Virus genome (UHGV): UHGV-0209830
Source of the DNA: a virus
Strand: one strand, 5' to 3'
DNA length: 59,500 nt
The position numbers and the translations under genes were made by a program. Position 1 is the first letter of the stretch. Each line of letters begins with the position of its first letter. The notes under the pieces are model-generated. The model was not told the DNA's origin and searched no databases. It was given only the letters and a program-made list of their open reading frames with translations. This document shows positions 1 to 8,983 of this stretch, piece after piece.

Positions 1-3000
1 TGTGGGGTTGTCGTAGCCGGAGCTGAAGACGCATAGCCCGCCATAGCCTGGCTGATTGCTAGAGACGGCTCCTGCTGAGGGGTGTTCGGTGATGGCGCTG
101 CAGATGAAAAGCCCTCCATAGCCTGGCTGATTGCTAGAGCCTGCTCCTGCTGGGGGGTTTTCGGTGCTGGCGCTGCAGATGAAAAGCCCGCCATAGCCTG
201 GCTGATTGCTAGAGCCTGCTCCTGCTGTGAAGTTTTCGGAGTAGAAGGGGATACTTGATCTCCCGGAAGTAGATCAATGATTTCTGTATCGTGATTAACA
301 GTGCGTTTTTGTTGTATGGCTGTTGCGATATCAGCCACTTGAGAAGCTTTTTTAAATCCAAAAGATTTACCGGTTAAGCCGGATATCTTTTCAGTAAGAG
401 CCTGATCCATTCCTTTCGCTTTTTCGGAAAGCGAAGATATAGAACCAAACGAAGTAGCCAACGCAAAATCCTTTACCAGGTCCAGACTTGTTCCAGCAAG
501 GCTGGTAGCCGCGCCGCCAAATAAATTACTTGCACCACTGATTCCGCTTTCATTTATTGCGATTAACCGCTCAAGCAAACTCGATGGAGAGCCGGTATTA
601 ACATCAGCGTTCTCTGGATTAATCGGTTGTGGTTGGTTACCTGTTTTTTGTGGCTTTTTGACTGCCTGGGCATGTTGTGCAACCTCAATTGGCTGTTGTG
701 TTGCTGTCGGAACGGCATTCAAAACTGGTTGAGCTGGAGATTTTCCATTAGCATATTTTACCTTGCGACCAACACTATATTGCGAATCGCGGGCAATTAG
801 CTGACCACCATTTTCTTTCTGAATTTTATTAATCCGCGCCAATGTTTCGTCAGAGAATTGTCCCTCCCATCGACCAGTGTTTGTGTTAAATGCTCCAAGT
901 GCGTTCTTAATGAACTCATTATTAACTGCCGGATTTCCGCCTTCTTTCGTCGCAATTGCACGAACTAATTGCGTCATAACCTCTGGTTTGCTGACATCTA
1001 TTTTTTCATTAGGCGATACACCAAGATATTTACTGACGTTATCAATATATTGGTTAGTATTGTTCTCATTTGGCGGTGCCCATTTTGAAATGATGCTGGA
1101 TACCGTCTGTAACTTCTGATATCCCGCTGCGGCACTGGTGCCGTTGTAATAGCTGGAAACCTGGTTTGCCAGTGCCCTGATCCCTTCTTCAGGTGTGTTA
1201 AATCGCGCAAAACGTTGTTCACCTTTTGCATTTGGCGATTCCAGCGTCGCCCCTTCCTGGTTGGCAAAAACAAGATTGCCGAGATTATTATTTCGGTAAT
1301 TGCGGTTTTTAGCGTTGCTGCCGCCAATATTCAGATCCGCTGCAATGGTGTTGTTGGCAGGTGAACTAAATTCAGTTGGAGAAGTATACCCGTGCTCACC
1401 AACTCCATCCTCGCCATTACGCCCACCTTGTAATTGTTCACCTAGAGAATGAATCGCATCGACAGTTTTTTTGGTGCCGTCTTCAACAGCTTTTTTTACT
1501 TGTTTCGTGTTTTCGTCAGTGGATAAAAATGTATCCTTAAGGCTACCAAAAACAGATTTGGTGACATCTACCGCGCCGTTAACACCACGAGCAATATCTC
1601 CGGTATCAAAATTCTGAAGTTTTTCACCTGCTCTTTCAAATCCTAGCGCAGAAATTCCTTTCCCTATCAAGTTCGTTGCGCCCGACACCAAGCCCCCCAT
1701 ATCGAGCACATTAGCTGTTGCGTAAGCCGTTTTTTGCTGTTCGGATACAGCATCATCGTCACTTAATCCAAAGGCTGCCTTTTGCGCATCTGTATCAGTG
1801 TAACCATCTATAGCGTCATATCCCGCCATAGCCAGCGATCCGATGATAGGGATAGCTCTTGCAGCTGTAGAAGCAGCTGATTTAACACCTATTTTTGCAG
1901 CACTTTTGAGGGCTACGGATTCGGTTTTTTTCTTTGCAACAGTTTCACCTGTTTTAACTGTGGCCTCTTCGGCAACAACACCTGCTGGCTTAACTGCCTT
2001 TGCTGTGTTTTTTGTTTCTTTAGCAATACCCTTAGATGCGTCGCTTGTGGTGCTGATGTCTTTGGCTTTACTAACCTTTGTTTTAACAGTCTTTGCAGCT
2101 CCGGCACCAGCTCCAGCAGCAGCGGTTCCGGCAGCGGCTTTTTCACCAACAGAAAGGGCTTTTTTCCCCAGATTGCGACCTTTCCTTTTCGGTTTGTTCC
2201 GTTTATTTTTACCAGCCTGATCGCCAATATTGATTTTATTTCTTCTGCTTGCTCGATTTCTCCAGAGATCACTTAAGCCGAACTTATTCCCAGAAGATAC
2301 TGATTTGCGTAGCTTAACTACTTCGTCGGAGACATTTTCCAGACCATCAATTATTTTGTTGTCATTGGTCTGAAGAATTTTTGTTTGCTCTTCTACTGCT
2401 TGTGCTGATTTTGTCTCAACAGCATTATTAAATGCTGTTGCAGAGGTTGCTTTTTGAGTATTAACCACCGCCGGATAAGTGATAGCTGGAGATGTCTCTT
2501 TCGAAGGTGAAGCCTCACCTTTCCCCTTTTCTACCCATTCTTTAAGAGATTCTGCTTTACCTGTGATCTCTTTAGTAATGTCGTACATGCCGCGAGCAGC
2601 CATCCACAACGGACCACCAGCGCCAACACCTGCGGCATCTGTTAAAGACTCTTCACTGGAAGACTGATTGCCATCTACCCCTATAATGGAGCCTAATTTC
2701 CGGAGGAAGCCTTCTTGTAGTTTGGCGTCGGCCTTATGTGCTTTCTGCCATTCTTTTTTTCTGGCTATATCTTCGTTGTTTTTCTGGGATACAAAGCGTC
2801 CGTTACTATCCCGAAGCGGTCCTTTTTGGCTTTGGGGGGATTGTGGTTCAAGAGGAGCAGAATTAGCGGCTACTGGCACAGAACCTTTCAACTTTTGGGC
2901 TGACTGGCGTGATGACGCAAAATGAACGCGCTCTGATGTGTTGGTTGCAACAATGAGACGTTCTTCTCCGTTGTTGATCAGCGTCCTCCCTTTTTTCATC

Positions 3001-3335
3001 GGAAGGCGTTTTATATATGGGTTAGCTTGGGTGTTCTTGGCATCATCAGAGACATAGGGTTCGCTTGCTATGAGTCTACGGGATAGTCTTTGACTTACTT
3101 TACCTTGATTTTCACCAAGTTGAGTTATAGACCCTCTACCAGAGAGAATGGCGTCTTTGATCTCAGCAAGAGCGTTAAGTTCGTTTGTGCTCGCCCCCTG
3201 AATAGCGTCAATTATTGCGATACGGTCTTTATTCTCTTTCAAAATAACCTCTCTTTTGCCAGCGGCGATCAACGTTTCCCGGCTTGAGCTTTGTATTTTT
3301 CTTCCAGGGCTTTTGACATATGGAGTGCTCGCCAT
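1..3335 (-). CDS. Large virion protein, 3' end outside window (over 1100 aa in window); tape-measure/injection (Sit-like) candidate
   Basis: Hand translation of minus strand from ATG near 3335 runs without stop to position 1; absent from ORF track because no stop in window; in-frame TGA just upstream of the ATG; C-terminal 25-aa tandem repeats. Confidence 0.6.
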   Translation of the reverse strand, partial: MASTPYVKSPGRKIQSSSRETLIAAGKREVILKENKDRIAIIDAIQGASTNELNALAEIKDAILSGRGSITQLGENQGKVSQRLSRRLIASEPYVSDDAKNTQANPYIKRLPMKKGRTLINNGEERLIVATNTSERVHFASSRQSAQKLKGSVPVAANSAPLEPQSPQSQKGPLRDSNGRFVSQKNNEDIARKKEWQKAHKADAKLQEGFLRKLGSIIGVDGNQSSSEESLTDAAGVGAGGPLWMAARGMYDITKEITGKAESLKEWVEKGKGEASPSKETSPAITYPAVVNTQKATSATAFNNAVETKSAQAVEEQTKILQTNDNKIIDGLENVSDEVVKLRKSVSSGNKFGLSDLWRNRASRRNKINIGDQAGKNKRNKPKRKGRNLGKKALSVGEKAAAGTAAAGAGAGAAKTVKTKVSKAKDISTTSDASKGIAKETKNTAKAVKPAGVVAEEATVKTGETVAKKKTESVALKSAAKIGVKSAASTAARAIPIIGSLAMAGYDAIDGYTDTDAQKAAFGLSDDDAVSEQQKTAYATANVLDMGGLVSGATNLIGKGISALGFERAGEKLQNFDTGDIARGVNGAVDVTKSVFGSLKDTFLSTDENTKQVKKAVEDGTKKTVDAIHSLGEQLQGGRNGEDGVGEHGYTSPTEFSSPANNTIAADLNIGGSNAKNRNYRNNNLGNLVFANQEGATLESPNAKGEQRFARFNTPEEGIRALANQVSSYYNGTSAAAGYQKLQTVSSIISKWAPPNENNTNQYIDNVSKYLGVSPNEKIDVSKPEVMTQLVRAIATKEGGNPAVNNEFIKNALGAFNTNTGRWEGQFSDETLARINKIQKENGGQLIARDSQYSVGRKVKYANGKSPAQPVLNAVPTATQQPIEVAQHAQAVKKPQKTGNQPQPINPENADVNTGSPSSLLERLIAINESGISGASNLFGGAATSLAGTSLDLVKDFALATSFGSISSLSEKAKGMDQALTEKISGLTGKSFGFKKASQVADIATAIQQKRTVNHDTEIIDLLPGDQVSPSTPKTSQQEQALAISQAMAGFSSAAPAPKTPQQEQALAISQAMEGFSSAAPSPNTPQQEPSLAISQAMAGYASSAPATTTP
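25..245. repeat. Tandem 75-bp direct repeats (about 3 units, phase 41/116/191), in-frame within the large virion gene
   Basis: Unit ccatagcctggctgattgctagag...gcgctgcagatgaaaagccc repeated; encodes repeats like PKTPQQEQALAISQAMAGFSSAAPA on minus strand. Confidence 0.8.
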
Positions 3336-3389
3336 TGTGGCAATTGTTCAACGTCACTAACGGGCTGATATCCATACAGAGTCAGGTTG

Positions 3390-4211
3390 TTAATAATGGT
3401 TAGCCATCCATTCAGATCTAATTGATGGGATAAACTCTCTATTGAGAAAGGGGACGTACAGTGTGGTTGTCACATCTGCACCCTCCTTAGCGTTTTTGCA
3501 ATGTTGCGGAGGCAGGATCAGTCGGCTTGAGCCTCTCTCAATAGACATTTTCAGGCCGTGGCGTAGGTCTTTTTGCATAAGCTGTATGCGAGCCACAAGC
3601 GGGGTAAATTCGGTTTCAAGCGCCATGCTTTCAATGATGTCAAAGCGTCGGTTAGCGGCCTGCGTGAAGTCCTCCGGATCGTCTTCAAGCGCCGTGCATA
3701 AAGCGAGTTCAGCAATTCGCATCCGTGCTACGCCAGCACTGTATTCGGGAGTTTTCATATCAGGAAGTGACGCTCGCATTCGTTCAAGGAGTTCCGCGCC
3801 TTTCCCGGTTAATGGTTTAAGTATCCAGTCAGTTGGTACTCCATTTACTGGTACGTTGGTTTTCACGTAAGGAGGTACAGTGAGTATTTCTACTGTTTGG
3901 GCCAGGTCGCTCAGGTTAATATCTGCATGATGCGTATTACCGCAGTGACTGCACTCATAGGAGTAGGTCATTACTGCATCGGGGCGCGAATTAACAAATA
4001 TCCACCAAAGAGCAGTTCTGCGGTCCTGAACTGTCCAGTTAGCACTGTCGTTAATTTCACCATCCTGCATAGAGTTAAGGTACTCTGTAGTCGTTGCCTC
4101 ATCTTCTGCCGGGTTCAGGTCAGAATATTTCAGCGCATCCTTCACGGTAGGGGCGTGGAACTGAATTTCTGTCTCAGGATGGGAAGGCAATGGGAATTTT
4201 GGAATGTTCAA
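3390..4211 (-). CDS. Hypothetical protein (273 aa)
   Basis: ORF track; TTG start as listed; between replicon and large virion gene. Confidence 0.5.
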   Translation of the reverse strand: MNIPKFPLPSHPETEIQFHAPTVKDALKYSDLNPAEDEATTTEYLNSMQDGEINDSANWTVQDRRTALWWIFVNSRPDAVMTYSYECSHCGNTHHADINLSDLAQTVEILTVPPYVKTNVPVNGVPTDWILKPLTGKGAELLERMRASLPDMKTPEYSAGVARMRIAELALCTALEDDPEDFTQAANRRFDIIESMALETEFTPLVARIQLMQKDLRHGLKMSIERGSSRLILPPQHCKNAKEGADVTTTLYVPFLNREFIPSIRSEWMANHY

Positions 4212-4339
4212 TTATTCCTCCGAAAAGCAGGTATCTGTTCATTTTCCAGAGGATAGGGAGTGTGTGATTTGCGATGGGGATTGAATGAAGATCTTTGCCG
4301 GTCGAGAAGCGATTATTGAGGGTGATTTTTACACCTTAA

Positions 4340-4450
4340 GTGACGCTACTCACATATCCACAGAGTATTTTTATAAACCTTTTTCCATTTTTAATCCTTT
4401 TTAGATCCTTTTTAGGCGTCGCTGGAGCCAGTAGTGGCGCGGGCTGTAGA
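4340..4450. promoter_or_regulatory. AT-rich origin region with DnaA-box-like atatccaca upstream of iterons
   Basis: AT-rich run with ccttttta repeats and 8/9 match to TTATNCACA immediately upstream of iteron array. Confidence 0.4.
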
Positions 4451-4457
4451 GGAGGCT

Positions 4458-4575
4458 GGTGTAAGATTTGCCCTCAATTAAATACGATCGGTGTAAGATT
4501 TGCCCTCAGAAGGTGTAAGATTTGCCCTCAAAAGGTGTAGTAATTGCCCTCAAAGTGGTGTAAAAATTGCCCTCA
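4458..4575. repeat. Origin iterons: five 19-bp direct repeats ggtgtaagatttgccctca (and variants) at about 22-32 bp phasing
   Basis: Copies near 4458, 4490, 4512, 4534, 4557 directly upstream of rep gene. Confidence 0.85.
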
Positions 4576-4599
4576 CCATTTGAAGGATCACACAGGGTT

Positions 4600-5355
4600 A
4601 TGAACAGAGCGGAATTAACAGCAAAAGCCGTCAGCCTGATTGAGTCAGCGACACCTATTAGTCGTAGTCTGGCACAAGCCAATGAGATCACGGAGGCTGC
4701 TTATCACCTGACTCGCGACCAAAAGCGACTGTTGTTTATTGTGGTGGGAAGACTTCGCTATGCTTCTAAGGATGGCGTTCTTGGTTCAGGTGCCTGTGAG
4801 TTGACGGTCAACGAATATGCAGAGATGTATAATTTGCCCTCTGCTGAAGCCAGCAAGGATATTCGTAAGGCCATTTCAGGGCTTAGCGAGAAGAAAGTTA
4901 CGATATATAACCCTGATGAATCGACCGAATCAGAAGACAGTTATGAGTCTTATCCCTGGATGATTAAGGATGCCTATTCACCACGGCGCGGGACTTACAT
5001 TATTCATCTTAATCCATATCTCATGCCGTTTTTTACTCTGCTTGATAAGAGATTCACAAGGCTGAATTTTACCGAAGTATCTCGCCTTACAAATCCTTAT
5101 TCTATGCGGCTTTATGAGTCCTTATGCCAGTACAGGAAGGATGATGGAAGCGGCTTTGCCATACTTGGCGTCGAATGGATGCGGGAGCGTTATGGGTTAC
5201 CAAAAAGCTATCAGCGGTATGCCGAATTTAAGAGAAGTTTTTTAACGAAGGCTGTAGCAGAGATTGAAAAAAATACAAAAATGAAAATAGTCTTCTCAGA
5301 GGTGACGGAAGGCGGCAAAGTTACCAGGATAAAATTTACCTATCAGCAGTCTTAA
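4600..5355 (+). CDS. repE: Replication initiator, F RepE-like (iteron-binding Rep)
   Basis: Recalled F RepE motifs conserved: EAAY..RDQKR, SAEASKDIR, ESYPWMIK, NPYLMPFF, NPYSMRLYESLCQYRK, LPKSYQRY; track ORF starts 4567 but ATG MNRAEL at 4600 lies after last iteron. Confidence 0.85.
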   Translation: MNRAELTAKAVSLIESATPISRSLAQANEITEAAYHLTRDQKRLLFIVVGRLRYASKDGVLGSGACELTVNEYAEMYNLPSAEASKDIRKAISGLSEKKVTIYNPDESTESEDSYESYPWMIKDAYSPRRGTYIIHLNPYLMPFFTLLDKRFTRLNFTEVSRLTNPYSMRLYESLCQYRKDDGSGFAILGVEWMRERYGLPKSYQRYAEFKRSFLTKAVAEIEKNTKMKIVFSEVTEGGKVTRIKFTYQQS

Positions 5356-5647
5356 GGGCAATTTTTACACCCCTCTCAAGGTGTAGAATTTGCCCTTAAC
5401 GATCGGCAATTGAGGGTAATTTTTACATCTTAATTGCATGTATCTTGTTATTAGCAAGTTGTGTTTTTATATAACGTATTGATATGTAAGGATTATGTAA
5501 AAATCGCCCTCAACCAATATCGTGCGTATCGTGCATTCTTATTGCGCTTTTTTATTATCATTCACTGTGTTAACTGATTGATATTATTGAAATATGTAAA
5601 GAATGCCTTCATTGCTGATGGATTGATGATGTAAAAAATGCCCTCAA
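5353..5647. repeat. Downstream iteron-like repeats in both orientations (incC-like copy-control array)
   Basis: taagggcaatttttacacc, ggtgtagaatttgccctta, tgagggtaatttttacatc, atgtaaaaatcgccctca, gatgtaaaaaatgccctca interspersed with AT-rich DNA. Confidence 0.7.
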
Positions 5648-5736
5648 CATTGCGCTACCTTCCCTACCCGCTATCGTTGAGGTCGTGGGTGCTGACGGGA
5701 AATGAGCAACCCTCCAGCACACATAATTAAAGCTAT

Positions 5737-6444
5737 TCAGAATTTGATCACTCCACTCACAGCCCCCTTTAACGCGCTTGTAGCCATGCCAGCGGCACCG
5801 TTGACCAAAGCAGAAACACCTGAGCCTGCGGATGTGTATTTCTGGAAAGTGATTGGATATGACAAGAACTCTGACACCTGGTCTCGTGAGCGGGTGATTT
5901 CCCCAAGTTGAGTGGGGAATACGCGCATTTCCTCTTCCAGTTCTTTACCGCCATCCTGAGTTACCCGGTAGAGCCGGATCTTCATTAGATATTCAGGAGG
6001 AAGGTTTATTGTTCCGTCCGGGTTTGTCACGCGGGAACGACGCTCTTTGAACCAGTTCATGATCTTGCCGTCTTCGGTATCCCTTACGGTCATCGTGACT
6101 GGTCCGGCGGTGACGTAGGTTGGCTTGCTGAACTCTACGCTACCTATCACCTTGTTTTCTGTCTCGATATTTCCGCTGCTGTAGGTGATATCCTTCACGA
6201 ACATATCGAAACCGTTCAGACCGTCCACTTCAACCGTCCACTGCCATCCCTGGGCGTAACGAATACGCATAGCGGCAGCAACAATATTTTTCCCGTAGGC
6301 AATATCGCTGCTGTAGTTCCCACTTACCCCGCCGCCGGATATTGCTTTATCCAGAATGTCGCTAATGAGGTTGCTGGTGAATGATTTTGTGTTAAATGAC
6401 AGTGCGGTGGTCAACGTTCTGCCAACGCTGCTGAAAATACTCAC
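5737..6444 (-). CDS. Hypothetical tail-associated protein (235 aa)
   Basis: ORF track; co-oriented in tail gene block. Confidence 0.45.
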   Translation of the reverse strand: MSIFSSVGRTLTTALSFNTKSFTSNLISDILDKAISGGGVSGNYSSDIAYGKNIVAAAMRIRYAQGWQWTVEVDGLNGFDMFVKDITYSSGNIETENKVIGSVEFSKPTYVTAGPVTMTVRDTEDGKIMNWFKERRSRVTNPDGTINLPPEYLMKIRLYRVTQDGGKELEEEMRVFPTQLGEITRSRDQVSEFLSYPITFQKYTSAGSGVSALVNGAAGMATSALKGAVSGVIKF

Positions 6445-6459
6445 TCTGCGCCTCCAGCG

Positions 6460-7020
6460 TTAAAAAATGGTAGCCCCCGGAATAATCGCCCGGTTTGAGG
6501 ACATTTTTTCTTCAATCTCCTGAACGCGGGCATATAACGTGGCTTCATCAGGTAGATCTGAGTAGTCAAATTTCCCGTCGATGGACGCTCGACGCTGGCG
6601 GGCGACATTTCTGACATTGATAAGCGCCTCCAGGTATTCTTCCAACATACCAATGATTGCAGGCGGCACTTGCCATTCGTCCAGTTTTCTGTCGCGGAGA
6701 TTAACCAGATACAGCATCCGAAAAGGCCATCGTTCTGAACCTGTCAGCTCTAATTCAATAAAGCCGGATAGTTCATCCGAATAGACCAAAAGGCCATTGC
6801 TGTCGGTGACGTGAACAAGGGATAGATAATCTTCCGGCAATGGGATTGCGGTGCCACCAGCTTTTTCGAGTTTTAGTGTCTTCACTACCCCGGCCCTGTC
6901 CTGATACGTGGTCAGCGCTTTAATCAGGAAGGCTTTCAGCGTGTCTTCTTCACGCACAAGCAGTGGGTTAAATCGCGTTTTAACGCTTTCTAATAATTCG
7001 GTTGGTGTCATCGTAGCCAC
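6460..7020 (-). CDS. Hypothetical tail-associated protein (186 aa)
   Basis: ORF track; tail gene block. Confidence 0.45.
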   Translation of the reverse strand: MATMTPTELLESVKTRFNPLLVREEDTLKAFLIKALTTYQDRAGVVKTLKLEKAGGTAIPLPEDYLSLVHVTDSNGLLVYSDELSGFIELELTGSERWPFRMLYLVNLRDRKLDEWQVPPAIIGMLEEYLEALINVRNVARQRRASIDGKFDYSDLPDEATLYARVQEIEEKMSSNRAIIPGATIF

Positions 7021-7065
7021 AACTCAAATTCAGAGGAAATCCCGTCCGGAAGGACGGGAAAGAGA

Positions 7066-7557
7066 TCACTCTACCCAGTTGTAAACAATACGCAGGGAAG
7101 GTTTCACGACTGCCGTTACGTCTTCGGAAGAGAAGTCCACGGCGTCGGAATACACTTTGCAGTGAGAGTAGGTACGAATCAGACCTTTGTGGTTGCCGCT
7201 GTTGGATTCAGCCGCCGCCTGGAAGGTGATATCAAGATACTCTTTGCCATAAACCATTTGTTTAACGGCTGCGAGTACATCCCCTTCGATTGTCTCAGAG
7301 CAGGTGACCTGGAACTCACCAGAGTTGCGCAATGGCCCGTGTTGGTTGAACTTCATGCCGCCGGGGGCATAATCCTCCACGTCTTCGCGTGTCATTTCCG
7401 GTAACTGAGTGGTACGAACAAGTACAGACAGTTTTTCGTAACCTTTAATAGTCATCCAGAATTCTGAACCAATAAGTTTTTCGCCTGCTGCCAGGTTTTT
7501 ATTAAACCGGGATTTCAGGAAGGCGATATCGGCTTTTGTATTTGCAAAACCGGACAT
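7066..7557 (-). CDS. Tail tube protein (T4 gp19-like)
   Basis: 163 aa, same length and C-terminal ..YNWVE pattern as recalled T4 gp19 (..DYWE); immediately downstream of sheath-like gene. Confidence 0.55.
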   Translation of the reverse strand: MSGFANTKADIAFLKSRFNKNLAAGEKLIGSEFWMTIKGYEKLSVLVRTTQLPEMTREDVEDYAPGGMKFNQHGPLRNSGEFQVTCSETIEGDVLAAVKQMVYGKEYLDITFQAAAESNSGNHKGLIRTYSHCKVYSDAVDFSSEDVTAVVKPSLRIVYNWVE

Positions 7558-7565
7558 AATTACTC

Positions 7566-8156
7566 CTACACAAAAACAGATGATATGTTGCTACGGTTAA
7601 TCGAGGTGTTTCCGCTGCATTGCAGGGTTACCGTGTTATGAGTGAAATAGCCTTCCGGTGTGCGCGGGGCGTCCAGTTGGTAACTCACGCTTTTGATAAC
7701 AACGTCGGTAAGGGCTATGTTCCTACCTATGTTTAACGTTACTGTCTCCGGGCGACGACCGAATGGCGCTACATTGTTCAGTTCCGGCGATTCCATCTTC
7801 AGCAATGCTGTAATGGCTGCGTTCACTTCAAGTTGCGCGTTCGTTGTCGCCATGAAATCAATTACCAGATTAAATTCAGGCGGTTGCTGACCTTCCCAAA
7901 CAAGCATTGAGTTGAAGAGGGTTTTTGTTGTTACGCCGGTTGCGGTCTGAAGCGTATCTGCAAGAGAGCCAGCCGCAGCGCTAATACCACCAAGCAAACC
8001 TCCTACTGACTGGTTTTCAAATGGTGATTGCCACATTGATGATAGTTCTGCGGTAGATCCTTCACCGATATAACCGACGACCATATCCTCTGAAGAGAGG
8101 ATATAAACCTTCATTAACGGACTTATTCCGTCAGGCATTATCGCGCCGCAAATCAA
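7566..8156 (-). CDS. Hypothetical virion protein (196 aa)
   Basis: ORF track; between sheath and tube genes. Confidence 0.45.
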   Translation of the reverse strand: MICGAIMPDGISPLMKVYILSSEDMVVGYIGEGSTAELSSMWQSPFENQSVGGLLGGISAAAGSLADTLQTATGVTTKTLFNSMLVWEGQQPPEFNLVIDFMATTNAQLEVNAAITALLKMESPELNNVAPFGRRPETVTLNIGRNIALTDVVIKSVSYQLDAPRTPEGYFTHNTVTLQCSGNTSINRSNISSVFV

Positions 8157-8205
8157 ACGCTATTTCTCCCTGGTAGAGGCCACCTTTGCAGGCGGCCTAT
8201 GTCAC

Positions 8206-8946
8206 TTACAAACCGCGTTTTTTGCGAATGCGCATTGATTTTTTGCGGTTGATATTCGCTACGGATGTATGTGCTTTGCGGCGTGCTTTTTTCAGCGCCT
8301 GTTTTTGCAATGACGTCATGCGGCGAGGACGCGGGCGTTTACGGATGATGGTAACCTTGCCATCACGAACCACTTTTTTACGTACCGCTTCCAGCATTGC
8401 GCTATCACCACCAGCAACGGTGTAAATGGCAATAGCTGTTTCCATCATGTCGGTGTCGCTTTCGGAAAGAGCGTCAAAAACACGTTCGGCAGCTGAGTCA
8501 TCTTCATCGTCGATCATTTCGGTTACATCGTCCTGATCAGCGCCAAGCGCAACAGCTGCATCAGCAAGAGCTGCGAGAGCATCGTTATAAGCATCGATTT
8601 GTTCATCGGTGAAATCGGTGCCTTCATCGATATCAGCCAGGCCAGCCATAGTGATTGCTAATGCATCAAATGAGTCAGCCTCCGGATCACCATCTTCAAC
8701 CCAACCAGCAAGCATGGACGCTGCCAGGCTGCGCATATCACCTTGTGCACGGGATTCAACCGCTTCCATCATCGCGGTTTCAATGTCGTCTTTGGGCTTT
8801 GGTTGAGTGTCCTTTCCTTTCTGTCCTGCGCTTTCCAGCATGGCGTTATCATTATTGTCCTGAGTGGATTTATCACCGCTTTCAAAGCAGCCAGAACCGA
8901 AAATCGCACGCATAAACGGATCAGCAGTATAATTTTTCATATTCAA
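8206..8946 (-). CDS. Acidic hypothetical virion protein with basic C-terminal tail (246 aa)
   Basis: ORF track; very D/E-rich with KR-rich C-terminus. Confidence 0.45.
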   Translation of the reverse strand: MNMKNYTADPFMRAIFGSGCFESGDKSTQDNNDNAMLESAGQKGKDTQPKPKDDIETAMMEAVESRAQGDMRSLAASMLAGWVEDGDPEADSFDALAITMAGLADIDEGTDFTDEQIDAYNDALAALADAAVALGADQDDVTEMIDDEDDSAAERVFDALSESDTDMMETAIAIYTVAGGDSAMLEAVRKKVVRDGKVTIIRKRPRPRRMTSLQKQALKKARRKAHTSVANINRKKSMRIRKKRGL

Positions 8947-8983
8947 ACCTCTCTCCCCCGCATCATTTAGCGGGGGTTATAAA

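Noticed and set aside
25-245. Tandem 75-bp repeats at the window start as a possible CRISPR array or satellite
   Set aside because: Repeats are contiguous with no unique spacers and lie in-frame inside a long minus-strand coding sequence; they encode amino-acid repeats.
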